DNA of 64,000 nucleotides from an uncultured Bacteroidota bacterium (GTDB lineage: Bacteria > Bacteroidota > Bacteroidia > Chitinophagales > Chitinophagaceae): assembly GCA_903927975.1 (NCBI GenBank), contig CAIYPC010000520.1, positions 8,588 through 72,587 of the forward strand. Direction: 5' to 3'. Shown one piece after another: positions 28,224-38,675 of this stretch; positions within the stretch are counted from its first letter, which is position 1, and each line of letters begins with the position of its first letter. The notes beneath the pieces are model-generated. The model saw nothing but the letters and a program-made list of their open reading frames with translations. It made no database searches and was not told the origin of the DNA. The translations under genes and the position numbers were made by a program.

Positions 28224-28601
28224 ATGAAAAAAGCCCTTTCAATTTGTTTATTCTTGCTCATTGCTTTGAGCCCGATGGCTCAGTCCATCGGTCACATCGA
28301 TAAAAAGACAAAAGAATTTTATATCCATCCCGATCTGAAGACAGATTATCAGGTGTTTGGTTATCAGGTCGCCAACAACAGTAGCAAAAAAATGATCTGT
28401 TTTTCTTCGCATATTGGCGATGTGAAGGACAATTACAACAGATGTCCACTCGGATCTTATTTAGACACAGGCAAAATGAGAGTAGGTGATAAAATCCTTT
28501 ACCTAAGTGTAGTAGGTAATTTTGCCAAAATGGTTTTTGTTTCAGAGAACGGTAAAAAGACAATCTTCTATCTTCCTAAATCAAGCTTTTCTTTAAAATG
28601 A
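28224..28601 (+). CDS. Secreted hypothetical protein
   Basis: Signal MKKALSICLFLLIALSPMA; 125 aa; no family recognised. Confidence 0.6.
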   Translation: MKKALSICLFLLIALSPMAQSIGHIDKKTKEFYIHPDLKTDYQVFGYQVANNSSKKMICFSSHIGDVKDNYNRCPLGSYLDTGKMRVGDKILYLSVVGNFAKMVFVSENGKKTIFYLPKSSFSLK

Positions 28602-28821
28602 TTTTTTGGTAGCCTTAAAGGCTAATTGAAAAACACTAACAGTCTGGCATAACCGAAAACAGGTTCTTCCAAATAGGATTGCCATAAATAAAAAAAATAT
28701 TTTGTTTATGCTGAGCGAATCAGCAAAGCGTTGTACCTTAATATCCTGTTGCTAATAAAAATTGTGGCGCATTATACCAGCTCAAGCGTCCAGCGGTTTT
28801 TTGAATCATAAGCAAGTGAAC

Positions 28822-30195
28822 ATGAAAAAAATATTATGGCTTCTTTTTGTATGCTTGGTCATTTCAAGTAATGGCCGTGCACAATTTGGTAAAATGTCAA
28901 CTGCTGATAGTTTGCATTGGGATAGCATCAGACGGCTCACCGATCAGGATTATAAAAAAATGCTGGACCTGCTGCACATCGATTCTACTCGACCTGGTCC
29001 ATCCGGAAACCCACAAGCACCAAATGCAGCAAATACCGATGAGTCAAAGGCATCAGATTACAAAACGCTCCCCGATCCTTTGATACTAAAAAATGGCACG
29101 CAGGTCACCAGCAAAAAAATGTGGTGGGATCAGCGGCGACCTGAAATTGTAGAGGACTTTGACAGAGAAATTTATGGCAGGGTGCCTGATAATATTCCCA
29201 AAGTAACTTGGGAAGTTGTGAGCATTACAAATGATACAAGCAATCATGTTGCAGCAATTACAAAAAAACTGATTGGCCATGTAGATAATTCTTCATGGCC
29301 TTCGATCAGTGTGAATATAGATCTCACATTAAGCACTCCAGCGAATGCAAAAGGACCGGTGCCAGTAATCATGGAATTTAGTTTTGTTTTCCCTCCGGGG
29401 TTTAAGTTTCCCCCTCCTCCGCCAGGAACGCCAATTCAACCGGGATGGCAGCAACAGCTTCTTGAAAAAGGCTGGGGATATGCTATCATAATCCCAGCTA
29501 GCTATCAAACTGATAACGGTGCCGGATTGACACAAGGCGTTATTGGTCTGTGCAACAAAGGAGCATCACGCAAGCCTGATGACTGGGGCACATTGCGGGC
29601 ATGGGCATGGGGCGCCAGCCGCGCCATTGATTATTTTGAGACTGACAAATCAGTGGATGCAAAACAAATAGGCATTGAAGGTTTATCGCGTTATGGCAAG
29701 GCAACTGTTGTCACGATGGCGTATGAACCTCGCCTTGCCATAGCATTTGTCGGATCTTCCGGCGCAGGCGGCACTAAAATACTCAGGCGCGTTTTTGGTG
29801 AGCAGGTGGAGAATCTTGCTTCATCGGGCGAGTACCATTGGTTCGCTGGAAATTTTATTAAATATGCTGGTCCGTTAAAGCCAACCGATATGCCAGTTGA
29901 TGCGCACGAGCTAATTGCACTATGCGCACCACGACCAGTTTTTATCAGTTCTGGTTCGCCTAAAGTAGAAGGTCAGTGGGTGGATGCTAAGGGCATGTTC
30001 CTTGGTGGCGTTTACGCAGGGCCGGTGTACAAGCTCTTGGGAAAAAAAGATTTAGGGCAAACTGAATTTCCGCCAATTGAAACGCCGTTGACAGATGGAG
30101 AAATCGCTTTTCGCCAGCATAGCGGTGGTCACACAACAGGACCAAACTGGCCGACATTTTTAAGTTGGGCCGATCGATATATAAAAACAAAATAA
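28822..30195 (+). CDS. CE15 glucuronoyl esterase-like alpha/beta hydrolase
   Basis: MKKILWLL start (ATG 28822); LRAWAWGASRAIDY, nucleophile elbow IEGLSRYGKA, DAHELIALCAPRP. Confidence 0.85.
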   Translation: MKKILWLLFVCLVISSNGRAQFGKMSTADSLHWDSIRRLTDQDYKKMLDLLHIDSTRPGPSGNPQAPNAANTDESKASDYKTLPDPLILKNGTQVTSKKMWWDQRRPEIVEDFDREIYGRVPDNIPKVTWEVVSITNDTSNHVAAITKKLIGHVDNSSWPSISVNIDLTLSTPANAKGPVPVIMEFSFVFPPGFKFPPPPPGTPIQPGWQQQLLEKGWGYAIIIPASYQTDNGAGLTQGVIGLCNKGASRKPDDWGTLRAWAWGASRAIDYFETDKSVDAKQIGIEGLSRYGKATVVTMAYEPRLAIAFVGSSGAGGTKILRRVFGEQVENLASSGEYHWFAGNFIKYAGPLKPTDMPVDAHELIALCAPRPVFISSGSPKVEGQWVDAKGMFLGGVYAGPVYKLLGKKDLGQTEFPPIETPLTDGEIAFRQHSGGHTTGPNWPTFLSWADRYIKTK

Positions 30196-30352
30196 CTAAA
30201 GGATAAGGAAAATGTCACAGGCTAACAAATAAGAGATTTATCAAAACAAATATATTTCGCTTCCTAACGTGAATGCATAACCGATTAAACTTTTACTTAC
30301 AGTTAAATGCACAAAGACTTTAAACGATTATGTTGCTCTAATTTCTATAAAT

Positions 30353-31171
30353 ATGAAACAAGTTTTTTCTATTCTATTGCTGTTAATGTTGGCATCGATG
30401 ATCCCAAATCTACTGATGGCTCAGATACCGGCAGATTATCCCGCTAGTTATGCAAGCAAACCACGTTTCAAAGCATTGATCTATTTTACCACGCATGCCG
30501 AAGGCCAACACGTGGATTTTGCAAAACAAGCAATTACTTTTTTTCAAAAGCTCAAATTCGGCGACGGGTTTATATTGGACACAACGCAGGATCTCTCTTT
30601 ATACCCCTACGAAAAACTGAAAGAGTATCAGTTGCTGATTATGCTGGATGGTTCTCCTAATACCGACTCTGAAAGAAAAGTATTTGAACAATACATGGAG
30701 AACGGCGGTGGCTGGATGGGCTTTCATGTATCGGGATACAACGATAAAACAACCAACTGGCCGTGGTTTTTGCAGTTCCTGGGAGGCGGTGTATTTTATT
30801 GCAACAACTGGCCGCCGCAACCGGCCAAGCTCGTTATTGATCACCCCGGTCATCCTGTTACCCAAAATTTGCCAGCCACTTATATCGCGCCAGCCAGTGA
30901 ATGGTACCAATGGAATCCTAGTCCGCGAAAAAATAAAGATGTAGATGTATTAATATCCCTCTCACCCGACAACTATCCTTTTGGCATCAAGGACGTTATT
31001 TATTCCGGCGATTTCCCCGTTGTATGGACGAACAAAAAATACAGAATGATTTATTTGAACATGGGTCATGGCGATGATGTTCTGAGTGATGCCACACAAA
31101 AGTTGATGATCATTAATGCGTTTAAATGGGTATTGAGCACTGACAAAAAAGGGAATCCGTTTAAGAAATAA
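30353..31171 (+). CDS. ThuA-domain (class I GATase-like) secreted protein
   Basis: Signal peptide; YMENGGGWMGFH, HPVTQNLP, SEWY, FPVVW, YLNMGH. Confidence 0.8.
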   Translation: MKQVFSILLLLMLASMIPNLLMAQIPADYPASYASKPRFKALIYFTTHAEGQHVDFAKQAITFFQKLKFGDGFILDTTQDLSLYPYEKLKEYQLLIMLDGSPNTDSERKVFEQYMENGGGWMGFHVSGYNDKTTNWPWFLQFLGGGVFYCNNWPPQPAKLVIDHPGHPVTQNLPATYIAPASEWYQWNPSPRKNKDVDVLISLSPDNYPFGIKDVIYSGDFPVVWTNKKYRMIYLNMGHGDDVLSDATQKLMIINAFKWVLSTDKKGNPFKK

Positions 31172-31333
31172 AGGACCGAGATTATGGATGGTGATTTCTT
31201 TCAAGCAAAAATAAATATGAAAACCCTTTCTATTTTTCTATTCTTAGATTATAAAAATTAAATTCACGTTCATGCACAACCGAATACATAGCTTGTGAAT
31301 AATCGGTCCGAATCAAAACCCTGAAATATAATA

Positions 31334-32851
31334 TCAGCTTAAAATTTCTGTCAATACCTTACCACTCACATCAGTCAATCTGAACGGTCTTCCTTGTGAT
31401 TCGTAAGTAAATTTTTTATGGTCAAAACCAAGCTGGTTAAGAATCGTTGCTTGTATATCAAAAGCCTCTGTTTTACCACTAACAATGCTGTAGCCAATCT
31501 GATCGGTTTCTCCATAAGATGTGCCGCCTTTGATCCCTCCTCCAGCCATCCACATGTTAAAAGCCTCGCCATGGTGATCCCGGCCTTTGAATGGCATTTG
31601 CATACCGTTCCTGTTTTCCTGCATTGGCGTGCGGCCGAATTCTGCGCCCCATACCACCAAGGTTTCATCTAACAATCCTCTTTGCTTCAAATCGAGCAAT
31701 AGTGCGGTAATTGGTTTATCGACCGTTCTGCATTTATTCACCAGCCCGATGTTCACAGAGTTTGTAGCGGAATCACCATGCGCATCCCAGCCCCAATCGA
31801 ACAGTTGCACGAAGCGTACACCTTTCTCCACCAATTTTCTGGCGAGCAGCACGTTGTTGGCGAAGCGCGGCTCACCGGGTTTTGTGCCATACATCTCATG
31901 GATATATGCAGGCTCGTTGCTAATGTCCATTACCTCCGGTACGGAAATCTGCATCTTATATGCCATCTCATATTGCGCAATGCGCGAAAGGATCTCTGGA
32001 TCCCCGCATTCATCAAATTGTTGTTTATTTATTTTATCGATTGCATCGATTGATGCTTTGCGCAAGTCACGATCCATACCCTGCGGATCTTTTAGAAACA
32101 AAACAGGATCACCAACGCTGCGACATTGTACGCCTTGAAAAACACTTGGCAGAAAGCCGCTGCCCCAAACACTTTTACCCGCATCAGGATTATTGCCGCC
32201 TGATGTGAGCACAACAAAACCTGGTAGATTTTTATTCTCTGACCCAAGACCATACGTTGCCCAGGATCCAATGCTGGGCCTGCCTTGGCGTGCAGTACCT
32301 GTATGCATCAGCAACTGCGCTGGTGCATGATTGAACTGATCAGTGGTAACCGCATTGAGCATCGCAATCTCATCGGCAACTGTTGATAGATGAGGCAGAT
32401 TATCAGAAAGCCAAAGACCACTCTGGCCACGTTGTTTAAATGCTGCCTGAGGTCCCAACATTTTCGGTACACCCCGGATGAATGCAAATTGTTTGCCTTG
32501 CAATAACGATTGCGGACAATCCTGTCCATCAAGCTTTGCAAGCTCTGGTTTGTAGCTGAATAATTCCAACTGGGAAGGAGCACCCGCCATGTGTATATAA
32601 ATAACAGACTTTGCTTTTCCCGGGAACATTGGGGCGCGAGCGTGCATTGGGTCAGCGGGATCAAAAGCAATTTCGTTGCCTGTTAAATCCCCGCCGGCAT
32701 TGGTATTGCAGCCGTATAATAAACTACCTAACGCCAAGGCACCGAGACCCATGGCACTTTCTTTTATGAAATGCCTGCGCGTTGTTTGATGCAGCATTTT
32801 ATATTCTGCTTCTTTTCGCAAGCGATCATTATGAAGTTCTTTTTGTGTCAT
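31334..32851 (-). CDS. DUF1501 family protein, copy 2
   Basis: Start MTQKEL (ATG 32851 preferred); TRRHFIKES Tat motif; HMAGAPSQLELF, GWDAHG, WGAEFGRTP, GRDHH. Confidence 0.9.
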   Translation of the reverse strand: MTQKELHNDRLRKEAEYKMLHQTTRRHFIKESAMGLGALALGSLLYGCNTNAGGDLTGNEIAFDPADPMHARAPMFPGKAKSVIYIHMAGAPSQLELFSYKPELAKLDGQDCPQSLLQGKQFAFIRGVPKMLGPQAAFKQRGQSGLWLSDNLPHLSTVADEIAMLNAVTTDQFNHAPAQLLMHTGTARQGRPSIGSWATYGLGSENKNLPGFVVLTSGGNNPDAGKSVWGSGFLPSVFQGVQCRSVGDPVLFLKDPQGMDRDLRKASIDAIDKINKQQFDECGDPEILSRIAQYEMAYKMQISVPEVMDISNEPAYIHEMYGTKPGEPRFANNVLLARKLVEKGVRFVQLFDWGWDAHGDSATNSVNIGLVNKCRTVDKPITALLLDLKQRGLLDETLVVWGAEFGRTPMQENRNGMQMPFKGRDHHGEAFNMWMAGGGIKGGTSYGETDQIGYSIVSGKTEAFDIQATILNQLGFDHKKFTYESQGRPFRLTDVSGKVLTEILS

Positions 32852-32901
32852 TGTAGATATAATTATTGACAACAATTTTTTTAAATTATCAATTTCGCAC
32901 C

Positions 32902-35628
32902 TTAATTCTTATTCAACCATTCATCTAGGTTGAGCATTGCGTTAGCAACTACCGCCAATGCCGCAGTCTCGGGCGCAACGGGTTTTTCATTCTCTCCTAA
33001 AATTTCTTTTGCAGCTTTTTGATCAGTCTTGAATTTATCCAAAGATGCATTGTACAATTCCATTAACACATCCAATTTATTTTCAGGAATATTTTTGTAC
33101 ATCATCGCTTCATAACCATTTTTTATTTCAGACTTCACGTCGCTTTTGCTCGAACGTTGCATCTGCTCTGCAAAATGTCTTGACATCACCAAATATGCAG
33201 AATCATTCAATGTTGTCAAAGCCTGTAACGGTGTATTGGTTCGGATGCGGCGTATCACGCATACTTCCCTCGAAGCGCCATCGAATGTAATCATAGAAGG
33301 ATATGGGGCAGACCTTTTCCAAAAAGTGTACAATGCACGCCGGTATTGGTCTTCGCCTTTGCTCAGTTCCCACTTATCATCGTTGTAAGGCGAGCGCCAA
33401 ATGCCATCGGGCTGAAAGGGCATCACACTTTTGCCAAACATTTTTTTGCTCAATAAACCGCTCACAAAAAGACCCTGATCGCGCAACTGCTCACCACTCA
33501 ATCGAACACGCGAACTACGGGCATAAAATAAATTGTTCGGATCTTTTTTTACCAGATCTTTTGTTGCGGTCGACTGCTGTTTATAAGTGGCAGATAGTGC
33601 CATCATCCTCAACATTTTTTTAATGCTCCAATTATCATCGTTCATGAATTGCCATGAAAGATGATCGAGCAGTTGCTGATGTGTTGGTGAGATTCCCTGT
33701 GTTCCAAAATCTTCTAAACTTTCTACGATGCCATGCCCGAAAAGTTGTTCCCACAATCGGTTAACCATCGTGCGAGATGTTAGGGGATTGCTTTTATCCG
33801 TAAGCCACATTGCAAGACCCAATCGATTCTTAGGAGCATTTGCTGGCATGGGGTTCATAATTTTAGGCACGTCGGGTGTCACCACTTTTCCCTTCACACG
33901 CCAGTTGCCGCGTTCAAAAACGTATGATGTTCTATACAGATCGCTATTGTCTTCTATCATGATCGGCGTGGTTTCTACCTTAGCTTTTATAAGTTCATTG
34001 AAATGCTGCAACGCTGTGTCATACCCTGGCTTTCCTTTGCCCGGAAAACTGTTGCCAAATTGAAACCAATCGAACGTTACACCTACTTCATTGGAATCTT
34101 TTATTATGGGATTATGAAAAGAAAAATACAAATGATGTTTGCCAACTATTGCCGGAAGTGCTGTCACACCTATTTCCCAAGATCCCTTTGTACTTTTTAA
34201 TGGAATGGCTGCAAGCAATTTTCCATTCAAACTGTCCTGATAAATTTTCCATTCACCATCTTTTTTATTGGTGGAATAGCGGAAAATTATTTGGTCTTTA
34301 TTGCTCAATGCAACATCGGGTAAACGGCATGAACCGTTGTTGCGGAGCATAGTCATAGATGAGGTCATGAATCCATCTTTGAATTCATCGCAAAGCCACG
34401 CATTGATCGCTGGTTGACCAGTTCTTAAAAAAGTATAAATGTCTTTTGTTCGATCAATTGGTGCATTTTTTTTCAGCCAATCCATCAGACTCAAAAGTTT
34501 TTTATTTTCAACGGAATCGTAGTCTCGCAAAAATGGATATTCCTCATTCGTATCCTCATCACGCGTGTTGTTGAAAAAAGCCAGGAAGCTATAATATTCA
34601 TCGTGCCTGAAAGGATCATAAGGATGGCTATGACATTGCACGCAGTTAAAAGTTGTGCCCATCAATGCACTCCATGTGGTGTTGACGCGGTCCAAAACCG
34701 CAGCCGTTCTGAATTCTTCGTTATCAGTACCGCCTTCATCATTGGTCATCGAGTTTCGATGGAATGCGGTCGCAATATATTTCGTATCGTCAGGATCCGG
34801 CATCAGATCCCCAGCTAATTGCTCAGTCAGAAATTCGTTGTAGGGCTTGTCCTTATTGAATGCATTAATCAACCAATCACGATATTTCCAGATGTTGCGA
34901 CCACGGTCGGCCTCATATCCTTTTGTGTCGGCATAGCGCGACAAATCCATCCAGAGAAGCGCCCATTTTTCACCGTAAGCGGGCGACGCGAGAAGGCTGT
35001 CCACAAGATTTTCATAGGCATTCGGCGAGTTATCGCTCAAATATTTTTTTGCAATATTTTCTGTTGGTGGCAGCCCCGTAAGATCGAGTGAAACCCTGCG
35101 CAATAAAGTGGCTTTATCTGCTTCTGGTGAAGGTTTTAATTTTTGCTCATCCAGTTTTTGAAGAATGAATTTATCAATATCGTTCACAGCCCATTCATTG
35201 TTGACATCAGGCACCGCAATGTTCTTCACTGGAATATATGCCCAGTGTGTTCCCCATTCAGCACCTTGGTTGATCCATTTTTTTAAGATGCTAATTTCTT
35301 CTTTGGATAAAGGCTCGTGCTGATAAGGCATGCGCTCTTCGGGATCTTTCGAGGAAATTCTTTTTATTAATTCGCTGCCGTTCGCGTCACCGGGAATGAT
35401 GGCCTTCTTGCCAGATTTTGTTTTCCCAAGCGCTTCTTCCCTAAACAACAAACTGAAGCCAGACTGCTGTTTCACACCACCATGGCAAGTAATACATTTT
35501 TTATTGAAAATCGGCTTTATCTGTGTATTGTAATCAATCCTTGAAGAATGCGATGAAATAAAAAACACAGCAAGCGCAGCAGCAACAACAATTACGGAGA
35601 GAAATAATATTTTTTTTGAAAAAAACAT
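32902..35628 (-). CDS. PSCyt1-PSCyt2-CBM6-like-PSD1 c-type cytochrome, copy 2
   Basis: N-terminal TM/signal; CITCH and CVQCH; LSRYADTKGYE; CBM6-like insert ending TFDWFQF; RTNTPLQAL. Confidence 0.9.
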   Translation of the reverse strand: MFFSKKILFLSVIVVAAALAVFFISSHSSRIDYNTQIKPIFNKKCITCHGGVKQQSGFSLLFREEALGKTKSGKKAIIPGDANGSELIKRISSKDPEERMPYQHEPLSKEEISILKKWINQGAEWGTHWAYIPVKNIAVPDVNNEWAVNDIDKFILQKLDEQKLKPSPEADKATLLRRVSLDLTGLPPTENIAKKYLSDNSPNAYENLVDSLLASPAYGEKWALLWMDLSRYADTKGYEADRGRNIWKYRDWLINAFNKDKPYNEFLTEQLAGDLMPDPDDTKYIATAFHRNSMTNDEGGTDNEEFRTAAVLDRVNTTWSALMGTTFNCVQCHSHPYDPFRHDEYYSFLAFFNNTRDEDTNEEYPFLRDYDSVENKKLLSLMDWLKKNAPIDRTKDIYTFLRTGQPAINAWLCDEFKDGFMTSSMTMLRNNGSCRLPDVALSNKDQIIFRYSTNKKDGEWKIYQDSLNGKLLAAIPLKSTKGSWEIGVTALPAIVGKHHLYFSFHNPIIKDSNEVGVTFDWFQFGNSFPGKGKPGYDTALQHFNELIKAKVETTPIMIEDNSDLYRTSYVFERGNWRVKGKVVTPDVPKIMNPMPANAPKNRLGLAMWLTDKSNPLTSRTMVNRLWEQLFGHGIVESLEDFGTQGISPTHQQLLDHLSWQFMNDDNWSIKKMLRMMALSATYKQQSTATKDLVKKDPNNLFYARSSRVRLSGEQLRDQGLFVSGLLSKKMFGKSVMPFQPDGIWRSPYNDDKWELSKGEDQYRRALYTFWKRSAPYPSMITFDGASREVCVIRRIRTNTPLQALTTLNDSAYLVMSRHFAEQMQRSSKSDVKSEIKNGYEAMMYKNIPENKLDVLMELYNASLDKFKTDQKAAKEILGENEKPVAPETAALAVVANAMLNLDEWLNKN

Positions 35629-35862
35629 AGCACAAACTTTCGGTATAAGGAATCCTTTAACGAACTAATATACGGATTATAATAAGATTGGGAAATGAAA
35701 TGACAGAATCAAACATTCGAAAAAATAAAATCGCAACCGAATGGTGGTCTATATAAATTTTGACTGAAAATATTATTAGATGTTCTGACTATAACTTTTC
35801 TTGTTTTAGGAAAGAATAGGACAGTCAACCAAGGGTATTAAAAATTCGGTTGTGCATTTACG

Positions 35863-37299
35863 TTAGAATGACTCATTTAAGTTTAGAAAAAAACCTTTAT
35901 TGCCAAACCTTCCAAAAGCATAATCAAGGCAAAGATTGGTGCGGGTAGCTTTGTTAAAGAGAACACGGAGCCCGCCGCCATAGCCTGGCTGGAAAACCTG
36001 AAATAGTTGCGTGCCATGTTCATCATTGCCAGATTGGAGACTACCAAAAATAACGCCACTCAGAAATTTATTGGCAAGAATGGGAAAGCGCAGTTCAAGC
36101 TCAGTATCGTTGAACATTGTCCCTTTGAAATATTGTGTGGTATATCCCCTTCCGCTGCGAAAAGATCCGTCTCGGGCTGTGCCGGGGAGCTCAAGATAAG
36201 GTATTGTGCCACTGAGCAGGTAAGATCCCCAATTCCAGAAAGCAAGAACTGTCTCAGGGCTCATGCTTGAAAGACTAAAATATTTCCTGAAATCTGTGGT
36301 AAGCTGCAGGGAATTTTTTGTGCTTCCAATCCACGTTTGATTAGCCCGAAAACCTGCATCAAAATAAATGCCTTTGTAAGCTCGGTTGGGATTATCGCGT
36401 GTGATATATTCTACATTAAGAAGTAACCCATTGGCAGAATAGCGATTTTGTGCAAACCCATGCTCGTTGTTATAAACTCCTGATGGAGTTAAGGTGCCCG
36501 AAGAGTCTTTATTATCAATATTTCTCCTAATCTCAAACGAAACCCCAGCCCCGACAAAAAGATCAGGGGCTATGTTTTTGTACACTTTTTCACGAAAATT
36601 AAAATAAACCGAATGAATAGGATAAACCTTTCGGGTAGGGTTGGCAAGCACAGAATCAAGACTTTTTGTACCGTTATAAGTATTCCCAATCCCAAGGCCA
36701 AAATCAGGTGACAGTGTTTTCGATATAACAAGATTGCCCTGAAAATTCAACTTATTGCCCGGTGTGAACACATTGTGGTTCAGATAAAAATAAACAATGC
36801 CCTTGGTGGTAATAGAAGCTGATGTGGCTGCAACTGAAAACAATGTATTGGGATCGCTGCCTAGCTTTTTTCCGGCAACAGCTTTTATGCCACCTTGAAG
36901 CCCAATGGTAGGGTTAGCTGCGATATTAGGCACAACGGTGATGCCCGATTTGCTGTGCGTGGAGTTGGCTTTTTTGCTTGGATGGAAAATAGCGTCCATT
37001 AGATTACCGAAATCATATTGATTTGAAAGGTTTTCGCCAGACTGTATTTGTTTTCGCTCAATAAGACGCAAAGAATCTGTTTTGAGAGAATCAACTGGTG
37101 GACCAACTTGACTATACGAGACTACAGAAACAAAAAGGAAGAAGAAAAAAAATAGGCTTCCTTTCGCTGCTATAAAGTTTTTGAGGTATAGCACGATATC
37201 ATTGTCAATCCTAGAAAGTATCTGCATGCTTCGGGATTTCAGGATGCTGCGAAAATAATCCATACATCTGTCTTTAAAAAAGCATGCCACTAATAGCAA
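35863..37299 (-). CDS. BamA/TamA (Omp85) family outer membrane protein; start uncertain
   Basis: NRAYKGIY, FRSGRGYTTQYFKG, C-terminal GYGGGLRVLFNK...LDYAFG...FLNLNESF. Confidence 0.75.
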   Translation of the reverse strand: MLLVACFFKDRCMDYFRSILKSRSMQILSRIDNDIVLYLKNFIAAKGSLFFFFFLFVSVVSYSQVGPPVDSLKTDSLRLIERKQIQSGENLSNQYDFGNLMDAIFHPSKKANSTHSKSGITVVPNIAANPTIGLQGGIKAVAGKKLGSDPNTLFSVAATSASITTKGIVYFYLNHNVFTPGNKLNFQGNLVISKTLSPDFGLGIGNTYNGTKSLDSVLANPTRKVYPIHSVYFNFREKVYKNIAPDLFVGAGVSFEIRRNIDNKDSSGTLTPSGVYNNEHGFAQNRYSANGLLLNVEYITRDNPNRAYKGIYFDAGFRANQTWIGSTKNSLQLTTDFRKYFSLSSMSPETVLAFWNWGSYLLSGTIPYLELPGTARDGSFRSGRGYTTQYFKGTMFNDTELELRFPILANKFLSGVIFGSLQSGNDEHGTQLFQVFQPGYGGGLRVLFNKATRTNLCLDYAFGRFGNKGFFLNLNESF

Positions 37300-37440
37300 T
37301 TTGATATGTAGGTTATTGCCAGCACTCGGCTGGGCAAACCATTGATTGCATTATAGCTCTCAGATGAAGCTCGTTGATGGAGACAGACTGGGCAAATTAT
37401 TTCCCGCTTTTCAAAGTGACATATTTGCATATAATCTAAA

Positions 37441-37470
37441 AAGCAAAAAGCCCGCATTTTGCAGGCTTTC
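37441..37470 (-). terminator. Intrinsic terminator after tRNA-Ser
   Basis: Minus strand gaaagcctgc-aaaat-gcgggcttttt, ending in a U-rich run. Confidence 0.65.
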
Positions 37471-37504
37471 TTTATAAAAGCTTATCTTAAATGATTGATT
37501 TCAG

Positions 37505-37591
37505 CGGAGGGGAAGGGATTCGAACCCTTGATAGGATTTCTCCTATACACACTTTCCAGGCGTGCCAGTTCAACCACTCCTGCACCCCTCC
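37505..37591 (-). tRNA. tRNA-Ser (GGA)
   Basis: GGAGGGGTGCAGGAGTGGTTGAACTGGCACGCCTGGAAAGTGTG...GGTTCGAATCCCTTCCCCTCCG; long variable arm; CCA not encoded. Confidence 0.95.
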
Positions 37592-37601
37592 TGAAGGGCT
37601 G

Positions 37602-37609
37602 CAAAAATA
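37602..37609 (-). promoter_or_regulatory. -7 promoter element for tRNA-Ser
   Basis: TATTTTTG on the minus strand, 10 nt before the tRNA 5' end. Confidence 0.55.
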
Positions 37610-37620
37610 CATGTTAGAAA

Positions 37621-38388
37621 TCAGTTCGCGAATATTTTTTGGGCATTGGCAGTAGTGATGATAGCTACTTCTTCAACGCTGACAGACTTTAATTCTGCCA
37701 GCTTCTGAGCGATGTATATAAGATAGCTGCTCTCATTTCTTTTACCACGAAATGGAACTGGCGGCAGATATGGCGCATCTGTTTCGAGAACAATGTTCTC
37801 AAGACTAATATCTTTCAATGCTTCTGGCAAAGTAGATTTCTTATAAGTTATTACCCCGCCAATCCCCAGATAAAATCCCAATTCAACGATTTCCTTAGCA
37901 GATTCACCATCACCAGAAAAACAATGAAAAATGCCTTTCAATTTTCCGTTCTGATGTTGGCGCACTACCTGAGTACTTTCGGTTATTGATTCTCGTGAAT
38001 GGATGACGATTGGCAAATCATAATGCAATGCCCATTCAATCTGTTTATGAAAAGCTTCATATTGATTTTCATCAAAGTTTCTGCCCCAATAAAAATCAAG
38101 CCCAATCTCTCCAATTGCTGCAAATTTTCTTTTTTGCAAAAGATCTTCTATCAAATTCAATTCTTCTTTAAAATTTTCTTTTACAGAACATGGATGAAGT
38201 CCAGCCATGGCAATGCATTTGCCTGGAAATTTTTTTTCGAGTGCAAGCATCGCATCGAGTGTGGAACTATCTATAGCTGGCAAATAAAATTTTTCAACGC
38301 CGGCTGCTTTGCCTCTTTGTATCACTTCGTTAATATCCTGTTCGAATTCCTTCGAGTATAAATGGCAATGGGTGTCTATAAGTTTCAT
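37621..38388 (-). CDS. tatD: TatD family hydrolase/DNase
   Basis: [40 protein letters not shown]. Confidence 0.93.
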   Translation of the reverse strand: MKLIDTHCHLYSKEFEQDINEVIQRGKAAGVEKFYLPAIDSSTLDAMLALEKKFPGKCIAMAGLHPCSVKENFKEELNLIEDLLQKRKFAAIGEIGLDFYWGRNFDENQYEAFHKQIEWALHYDLPIVIHSRESITESTQVVRQHQNGKLKGIFHCFSGDGESAKEIVELGFYLGIGGVITYKKSTLPEALKDISLENIVLETDAPYLPPVPFRGKRNESSYLIYIAQKLAELKSVSVEEVAIITTANAQKIFAN

Positions 38389-38586
38389 TGTTGTTTTCTG
38401 AAAAAAAGTTAACCAAAATCAATTCATTTCTTAAAATGGTTATATCGTGTTATTTCGCACCGATAACCGTAAAATTCACATCAAAAAATCTGGCTGGCGA
38501 AATAAAAACCTTTCGGTTTTATAAATTACTTTTTTATTAATTAAAAAAAGTTCTACCTTTAAATCAGTTTTCATAGGGTACGGATT

Positions 38587-38616
38587 AAAAACGGGCCAGG
38601 GTGTCTACCCAGGCCC
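38587..38616 (-). terminator. Intrinsic terminator after the deacetylase gene
   Basis: Minus strand gggcctgggtagacaccctggccc followed by gttttt. Confidence 0.6.
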
Positions 38617-38675
38617 AATTCATTTAAAGTACAGAACGTTACAAATTTCTTCTCCATTTTTTCTCAAAAAAGAAA

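Noticed and set aside
37505-37591. tRNA-Ser as the integration site of the leftward accessory region
   Set aside because: No duplicated tRNA 3' end and no integrase were found in the window.
37621-38388. tatD as an explanation for the many Tat substrates
   Set aside because: TatD is a cytoplasmic nuclease, not part of the Tat translocase; its proximity is incidental.
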